From Candidatus Latescibacterota bacterium (GTDB lineage: Bacteria > Latescibacterota > UBA2968 > UBA8231): DNA of 64,000 nucleotides. Positions within the stretch are counted from its first letter, which is position 1, and each line of letters opens with the position of its first letter. The stretch is from the NCBI GenBank assembly GCA_965221775.1, contig CBDCSU010000005.1:640001-704000 (forward strand), given 5' to 3'. The translations under genes were made by a program, and so were the position numbers. This document shows, piece after piece, positions 58,196-64,000 of the stretch. A model generated the notes under the pieces. It worked only from the letters and a program-made list of their open reading frames with translations. It did no database searches and was not told the origin of the DNA.

Positions 58196-61159
58196 ATGAG
58201 CAAGCTCCCCTTTCTGCTATTGATCCTGACCTGCGGGGCCGTCTGGGCCCAGCCGAAGGGCCATATCGAGGGGGCGGTCACAGGGGAGGATGGGGAAGTT
58301 CTGCACGGCGCCAGCATCGCCGTACGAGGACCCACCCTGCCGGACAGGACCGGCAGCATCTCCAACGAGGAGGGGCGGTTCCGCATCGCCTTGCCCGCGG
58401 GTACCTACGAGTTGGAGATCACCCACGTCGGCTACAGGACCGAAGAGCGGCAAGACGTGCGGGTGCGGCCCGGTGAGGCGACGCAGCTGAGAGTCACGCT
58501 CGTGGAGGAGGTCCTCTACCTCGGACAGGAGGTGGTCACCGCCTCGCGCCGGCAGGAGAAGATCCTCGACGCGCCGGCCTCGGTGTCCGTGGTCGAGGGC
58601 CGGGATGTGCGCAACAAGCCGGCCCTGACCGTGGCCGATCACGTGAAGGAGCTGCCGGCGGTGGACTTCGCCCAGACGGGACTGGCGAACAACATGGTGG
58701 TGGTGCGCGGCTTCAACAACATCTTCTCCGGTTCCCTGCTCACCCTGACCGACAACCGCATCGCGCGCGTGCCCTCCCTGCGGGTGAACGCCATGAACTT
58801 CATCCCTCTCGTCAACGAGGACGTGGAGCGGATCGAGGTCGTCCTGGGGCCGGGGTCGGCCCTCTATGGTCCCAACAGCGCCGACGGGGTGATGCACGTC
58901 ATCACCCGCTCTCCCCTCACCTCGCAGGGCACGAACCTGTACCTGGGGGTGGGCGAGCGCAGTCTGCGCAAGACGTCGATGCGCCACGCCGGCACGGTGG
59001 GGGACGGCCTGGGCTACAAGATCTCGGCGCGCTACTACACCGGCACGGAGTGGGAGTACACCGACCCGGAGGAGGTGAAGGCGCGGGCCCAGAGACAGGC
59101 GGATATCGACGCCGGCGCCGACCTGCCGCCCCTGAAGGAGCGCGACCCCGACACCCGCAACCGCAGCATCGAGGCGCGCCTGGACTGGCGGGCTTCCGAC
59201 GACCTGACGGCCATCCTGTCGGCGGGGCACAACAAGGCGAGCATCCTCGGGCTCACCGGCGTAGGGGGCTCGCAGACGATCGGCTGGCAGTACAACTACA
59301 CGCAGCTGCGCCTGCTCTACGGCGACTGGTTCCTCCAGGCCTTCCGCAACTGGAGCGACGCCGGCGGCTCGTACCTGCTGCGCACGGGCGTGCCCGTCGT
59401 CGACCGGTCGTCGCTGACCGTGCTTCAGGCGCAGCACACCTCCACCCTCGGCCGGCGGCAGCGCTTCACTTACGGCGTCGACGCCCTGCTGACGCGGCCC
59501 GACACGGACGGCACCATCATGGGCCGCAACGAGGAGGACGACGGACTCGACGAGATCGGCGGCTACGTGCAGAGCGAGACCTCCCTCGGCGAGCCGTTGG
59601 ACCTGGTCCTGGCCCTGCGCTACGACTACCACAGCCGCCTCGCCGACCCCGAGCTGTCGCCCCGGGCCGCCCTGGTCTACAAGCCGCGGGAGGCCCAGAC
59701 CCTGCGGCTGACCTACAACCGCGCCTTCAGCACCCCCACGTCGAACAACCTCTACCTCGACCTGCAGACGAGCCGGGATCCCTTCGGCCTGGGGCCCACC
59801 TTCTCGCCTCTCTTCGCGGCCCTCGGCCTGGGGGAGTTCCGGTCCATCGACGTCTGGACCCAGGGGAACTACCGGAGCGGCGGCTACGGTTTCACCTTCC
59901 GGCGGGACGAGAACGGGCGGCCCCTGTTCCGCTCGCCCTTCGCGCCCATGGCGGGCCTGCCCGCCGACCAGTACCTGCCTCTGAACGACCCGCGGTTCAC
60001 CAACGTCATGTGGGGGATCGGCCGCCAGGCGGTGCTGGACGGGCTCGATCCCGTCTTCCGGCAACTGGCCGCCGACGCTCTGATGGCCCGGGGCATGAGC
60101 GCCGAGGAGGCCCGGGCGGCGGCCGGACAGCTGGCGGCGGCCCTGCCCGGCATCGTGCCCGAGCAGCTGCCCGGCCTGCGCAACCGGCTGGGCCGTCTGA
60201 ACATCGAGACCGAGCCTCTCGGCGAGGAGCCCGATCCGGATCGAGAGTCCTTCTTCTTCGTGGAGGCCGACGGCGTCACGCCCGTCACCGCCCACGACGT
60301 GCCGCGCATCCGCTCGGCCATCACCCAGACCTTCGAGATCGGCTACAAGGGCGTGGTGGCCGACAAGGTGGTGGTGGCTGCCGACCTGTACCACTCGAAG
60401 GTGGAGAACTACGTGGGATCCGTGTCGGTGGAAACCCCCAATGTCTTCCTCGATCCCGGGAGCCTGGGCCAGGCCCTGGGCGAAGGGATCGGACAGGCCC
60501 TGGCCGACCCGGACAACGCCGAACTGGCCGCGGCCCTGGCGGCCCTCGACGCGGCGCAGGTGCCGGGGCTGGTGCAGGGCAATGACAACGGCACGCCCGT
60601 GGACGAGCTGGCCGGCCTCCTCACGGCGGGGGCGGCGGCGATTCCCTACGGCACGGTCTCGCCCGAGGAGGCTTCCGATCCCTACGCGATGGTAATGAGC
60701 TACCGCAACTTCGAAGCGGTGACCATCCGCGGCCTCGACTTGAGCCTTGCCTGGTACCCCGCCGACCGGTGGCGGCTCACGGGGAGCTACTCCTTCGTGG
60801 ACGACAACTGGTTCGAGAATCTGAAGTACGCCGGCGTCGAGGGCGGCGCCGACGTCGCCCTCAACGCCCCCCGGCACAAGACCAAGCTGGGGATCGACTA
60901 CGACTTCGCCGACCTCGGACTGACCGTGGGCGGCCGCATGCGCTACACCGATTCCTTCCCCATGAGCTCGGGGGTGTACGCGGGCACGGTGGAGAGCTAC
61001 ACGGTGCTGGACCTCAACCTGACGTACCGGCTTCCCTTGGAGCAGGATCTGGTGCTGCAGGTGGATGCGAGCAATGTGCTGGACCAGCCCTACCAGTCCT
61101 TCGTCGGCGCCCCGGAGGTGGGGCGGCTGGTCTTCGGGCAGGTGGGGCTGCGGTTCTGA
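58196..61159 (+). CDS. TonB-dependent receptor with an N-terminal carboxypeptidase-regulatory-like domain
   Basis: Signal peptide, VVTASRR..KILDAPASVSV plug, VRGFN, RIEVVLGPGSALYG, NVLD, C-terminal F. Confidence 0.93.
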   Translation: MSKLPFLLLILTCGAVWAQPKGHIEGAVTGEDGEVLHGASIAVRGPTLPDRTGSISNEEGRFRIALPAGTYELEITHVGYRTEERQDVRVRPGEATQLRVTLVEEVLYLGQEVVTASRRQEKILDAPASVSVVEGRDVRNKPALTVADHVKELPAVDFAQTGLANNMVVVRGFNNIFSGSLLTLTDNRIARVPSLRVNAMNFIPLVNEDVERIEVVLGPGSALYGPNSADGVMHVITRSPLTSQGTNLYLGVGERSLRKTSMRHAGTVGDGLGYKISARYYTGTEWEYTDPEEVKARAQRQADIDAGADLPPLKERDPDTRNRSIEARLDWRASDDLTAILSAGHNKASILGLTGVGGSQTIGWQYNYTQLRLLYGDWFLQAFRNWSDAGGSYLLRTGVPVVDRSSLTVLQAQHTSTLGRRQRFTYGVDALLTRPDTDGTIMGRNEEDDGLDEIGGYVQSETSLGEPLDLVLALRYDYHSRLADPELSPRAALVYKPREAQTLRLTYNRAFSTPTSNNLYLDLQTSRDPFGLGPTFSPLFAALGLGEFRSIDVWTQGNYRSGGYGFTFRRDENGRPLFRSPFAPMAGLPADQYLPLNDPRFTNVMWGIGRQAVLDGLDPVFRQLAADALMARGMSAEEARAAAGQLAAALPGIVPEQLPGLRNRLGRLNIETEPLGEEPDPDRESFFFVEADGVTPVTAHDVPRIRSAITQTFEIGYKGVVADKVVVAADLYHSKVENYVGSVSVETPNVFLDPGSLGQALGEGIGQALADPDNAELAAALAALDAAQVPGLVQGNDNGTPVDELAGLLTAGAAAIPYGTVSPEEASDPYAMVMSYRNFEAVTIRGLDLSLAWYPADRWRLTGSYSFVDDNWFENLKYAGVEGGADVALNAPRHKTKLGIDYDFADLGLTVGGRMRYTDSFPMSSGVYAGTVESYTVLDLNLTYRLPLEQDLVLQVDASNVLDQPYQSFVGAPEVGRLVFGQVGLRF

Positions 61160-61243
61160 GGGCGGTGGTACACCGAAAATCAAGAAGGCGAGGGGGCGGG
61201 TGTATCGGTTACTCCCAACGGAGTCTGACTCTCCGCTTCCTGG

Positions 61244-62458
61244 TCATTCACCGACAGCTTCATCGACCGTACTTGCCCACTCTTGTAACTTGCCTGCTAG
61301 TTCATCAGCTACCTTCTCACCTTCCATTGACTTTCTTGTATTTTCCTCAGAGTAGAGATCATATGTTTGTTCAATCAAGGACGAACCGCTATTGGTCCAT
61401 TTCCTCGTACGCTCCCCTAGACGCTCGTCGAATCTACCCTTGAAGTCGTCGACGGGCTCATCGTCCGGGAGGTGAACCTTTATTCTGTCATGCAAGATAC
61501 ACACGCCCACATCCCACCCTGCGCGGTTTGTCTTGGGCCATGCCTGTCTTCTCATTCCCAAGTATATCTCAGGGTCAAGGTAAGAGAAGACGTCCCAGTC
61601 ATGACTCTTGCACCATTCCTCAAGGCGTCTCTCGGTTCCTTTCAGGACTCTCTGGACCAATTTGGTCCTGATTTGAGGCATCGCCTTTTCGACCTCAAGA
61701 GCAAGAGCCAAGTGCTTTCCCTCCGGATCGTTCAGGATGAAGTCTACAGTCGTATCAACAATGACGTTTTGGGCCATGGCTTGGTTCTCCTTGAACATCC
61801 GTTGGATGTATTCCAGCAGGTCCTGCAGAAACCAGCGAACCCGTTCGGCTTCACATTCCCTCCAACACTGCTCGATCCAACCTTCTACAGAACCCCCATT
61901 CCCGATCTTCCGGTATGGCACCGTCCTGGAGAAATCCATCAGGCTTTCTGGTAACTGCGGATCACTGCCGTCGCCGCTCAAATACAGCATCCTGGCGGTT
62001 CCGCCATTCCGAGCTCTGTCTCCCAGATCCTTCAAGTAGTCTTGGACCTGACTCTCGCCTTCCACCGCCCAAGGCTTGTTCTCGATCCCGATCCAGTGGT
62101 TGCCAGGCATCTCAAGGACGATATCGATCCTACGCCTCTCTTGCGTCGAGTACTCAAGGTGGACCGTTCGTACACTTGTGAGGTCTCCGTAGGAGAAGTC
62201 GGGTAACGTCTCTTTCAGGAAAAGGGACAGGAATCGATCACCTTGGCCATGTGCCCCCGAGGGGTCCAGCAGACCGCCAAAGATGCGTGACAGGTGGACT
62301 TCCCGCACACGGCTATCCGAGCTTGAGCGGAAGAAGTCAAGGGTGGAGAACTTCGTCGCCGCTCTCCGATCCATCTCCCTCTGCGCTCGCCTGGCAATCT
62401 CGACCGCCGGTGCGAGACCGGAGAAGAAGGCCGTCAAATGAGTCCTGTGCGCTTCCAT
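61244..62458 (-). CDS. PD-(D/E)XK nuclease family protein (PDDEXK_4-like)
   Basis: E..LSRIFGGLLDP...HGQG..FL, RRIDI, IGIENKPWA.E...Q..DY, YLS; visibly more AT-rich than its flanks. Confidence 0.85.
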   Translation of the reverse strand: MEAHRTHLTAFFSGLAPAVEIARRAQREMDRRAATKFSTLDFFRSSSDSRVREVHLSRIFGGLLDPSGAHGQGDRFLSLFLKETLPDFSYGDLTSVRTVHLEYSTQERRRIDIVLEMPGNHWIGIENKPWAVEGESQVQDYLKDLGDRARNGGTARMLYLSGDGSDPQLPESLMDFSRTVPYRKIGNGGSVEGWIEQCWRECEAERVRWFLQDLLEYIQRMFKENQAMAQNVIVDTTVDFILNDPEGKHLALALEVEKAMPQIRTKLVQRVLKGTERRLEEWCKSHDWDVFSYLDPEIYLGMRRQAWPKTNRAGWDVGVCILHDRIKVHLPDDEPVDDFKGRFDERLGERTRKWTNSGSSLIEQTYDLYSEENTRKSMEGEKVADELAGKLQEWASTVDEAVGE

Positions 62459-62689
62459 CGACCTACTGACCCTCCCGAAGTACACGAGGAGATTCTGCAA
62501 CTCGGTCTCTCGTGCTGCCCAGCGCCGGCACCTGAGCGGTTCCAAGCACAAATGCATACGCAAAATTAAGGGGGCGCACAACCCAGTGCCAATTCCTGCC
62601 AGCCACCACTCTTCAGACTCCCTGCACCCAAGACACAGAGCCGCTCCCCCGGGATGATGGCCCTCGCCCTCCACCATCGCACTCCCGCG

Positions 62690-62716
62690 TCAGCAGATCC
62701 CGATAGGATCCTGGAT
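62690..62716. repeat. Decayed copy of part of the collagen-like gene 3' region (63269-63296)
   Basis: TCAGCAGATCCCGATAGGATCCTGGAT vs TCAGCAGGTCCCCGTAGCGATCCTGGAT, with weaker similarity on both sides. Confidence 0.55.
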
Positions 62717-62754
62717 GAGGAAGCGCACTCTCGCGATAGTCGGCGCTGCAAACC

Positions 62755-63207
62755 CTACAGAAAGAAAGTGTCCTCGACCTCGAAGACCGCGCCCTTGGCG
62801 GTCTCGAACCTCAGCTTCATCCTGGCGTTTGTATCGCTGCCGTACTGGGGCACCTCGGCTCCGGCGACGATGATCACATGTCCCCACAGTTCGCCGCCCA
62901 GCAGGGTCTCGTACTTCTTGAAGTCCGACTTCTCCACTTCGTACGACTCCTGGAAGTAGACCCTGTTCGGGTTCTCATAGTCGACGAAGGTCACCCTCAG
63001 CGTGCCGTCGGCCGAGGCGTAGGCCAGGTCCTTGTCCTGGAGGGCATACTGGATCTTGTAGCCGCCGCCCTCCTTGGTGACGAGCACGCGGGTCATCAGG
63101 GCCGGGGTCCCGCCGGGGGCCTCCAGCTCCAGCAGTTTCGACACGCCGCAACCAGCGGTCAGCGACAGCACGGTGAATGCGAGCACTCCCTTGGCAAGTG
63201 AGTTCAT
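62755..63207 (-). CDS. Hypothetical lipoprotein
   Basis: Lipobox LTAGC; ATGA overlap with the upstream gene; beta-rich mature domain. Confidence 0.75.
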   Translation of the reverse strand: MNSLAKGVLAFTVLSLTAGCGVSKLLELEAPGGTPALMTRVLVTKEGGGYKIQYALQDKDLAYASADGTLRVTFVDYENPNRVYFQESYEVEKSDFKKYETLLGGELWGHVIIVAGAEVPQYGSDTNARMKLRFETAKGAVFEVEDTFFL

Positions 63208-63740
63208 CGCGCCACCAGCACGGCCAGGTGGATGAGCATCTCCCCCTGAGAAAACTCCAGCGCTGCGCTCAGCAGGTCCCCGTAGCGATCCTGGATCAGC
63301 AGCGCGCCTTCGACGACGGCGAGGACCGGCGTCTCCAGCTCTTCCGATTCGGGTACGATCGATACGTCCGACACGAGCAGATAGTCGAGGGGCATGTAGA
63401 GCTCGATCTCGGAATCCAGATCGGTGGCCTTGAGGTAGAGAGCCCGGAAGCTCGCCGGGGTGATGCGGTCGTCCTCTATGAGGATGAAGCCGTCCTCGTC
63501 GTAGAGGAAGGCGGTCAGCCGCCGCTCGATGAGGGTCCCTTCTCCGGGCGGGCCCATCTCTCCTTGCGGACCGGCCTCGCCCCGGGGTCCCGCTTCGCCC
63601 TGGGGTCCGGCTTCGCCCCGCGCCCCGGTTTCCCCCGGCGGCCCCTGGGGCCCTGCCGGTCCCATCGGTCCTTCCGGACCCTGGCAGGCGAGAAGGAAGA
63701 GGGCGGATAGAACGAACGTGGAGACAACTCTGCTTCGCAT
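63204..63740 (-). CDS. Collagen-like (Gly-X-Y)16 lipoprotein
   Basis: ATG after AGGAGG; lipobox LLAC, then [48 protein letters not shown]. Confidence 0.85.
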   Translation of the reverse strand: MRSRVVSTFVLSALFLLACQGPEGPMGPAGPQGPPGETGARGEAGPQGEAGPRGEAGPQGEMGPPGEGTLIERRLTAFLYDEDGFILIEDDRITPASFRALYLKATDLDSEIELYMPLDYLLVSDVSIVPESEELETPVLAVVEGALLIQDRYGDLLSAALEFSQGEMLIHLAVLVAR

Positions 63741-64000
63741 CTGCGGCACCTCCTGTTTTCGGGTTCGGAGAGAACCTGCACGGGAGGTGCGACAGATCGC
63801 GTCGTGGCCTGCCCCAGAACGGCAATCGGCCGGCCCGAGAGTCGACTCGAGCCGGCCGATGGTCACGCGCGGGGGATAAGGGGGCGGATCACTCCTTGAG
63901 CGTGCTCTCCAGCGTCTCCAGCCAGCGGTAGCCGTGGGCGGGGACCTCGGGTGACCCGGTCGTCGTGCCATCAAGGAACATGGTGAATCTCTCGACGCGG

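Noticed and set aside
58217-61183. 988-aa antisense ORF, and similar ones such as 30825-34466, 35429-37951, 40651-44466, 44463-47879 and 1253-3172
   Set aside because: Antisense mirrors of high-GC genes with no family motifs; expected when stop codons are rare.

Overview
High-GC bacterial chromosomal window with about 55 protein genes, one tRNA-Glu(CTC), and no rRNA, CRISPR, integrase or transposase that I could find. The gene content (four PhyH-type Fe/2OG dioxygenases, sugar-phosphate isomerases, a sulfatase-fold enzyme, an ECF-TPR sigma factor, a TonB-dependent receptor) suggests a diderm of the Latescibacterota/Gemmatimonadota type; this is inference only. Main items: (1) A 15 kb, tightly coupled 7-gene minus-strand operon that hybridises RND and ABC export machinery: ABC ATPase, ABC-2 permease/M1-like/golvesin-like fusion, TolC, MFP, RND, an RND-ABC ATPase fusion, and a small permease. 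(2) A recurrent architecture in which diverged copies of a gene's 3' end, or an exact copy of an RBS, lie downstream of the gene and often bracket accessory genes, with no recombinase nearby. (3) A PhyH protein with a halogenase-type HxG motif, a sulfatase-fold protein with Thr at the formylglycine position, an MNT + AlbA_2/Schlafen-like pair beside the tRNA, a frameshifted PIN toxin, and several short repeat arrays. All family assignments come from motif recognition by eye, not database searches. Start codons were adjusted where an RBS or gene overlap supported it.
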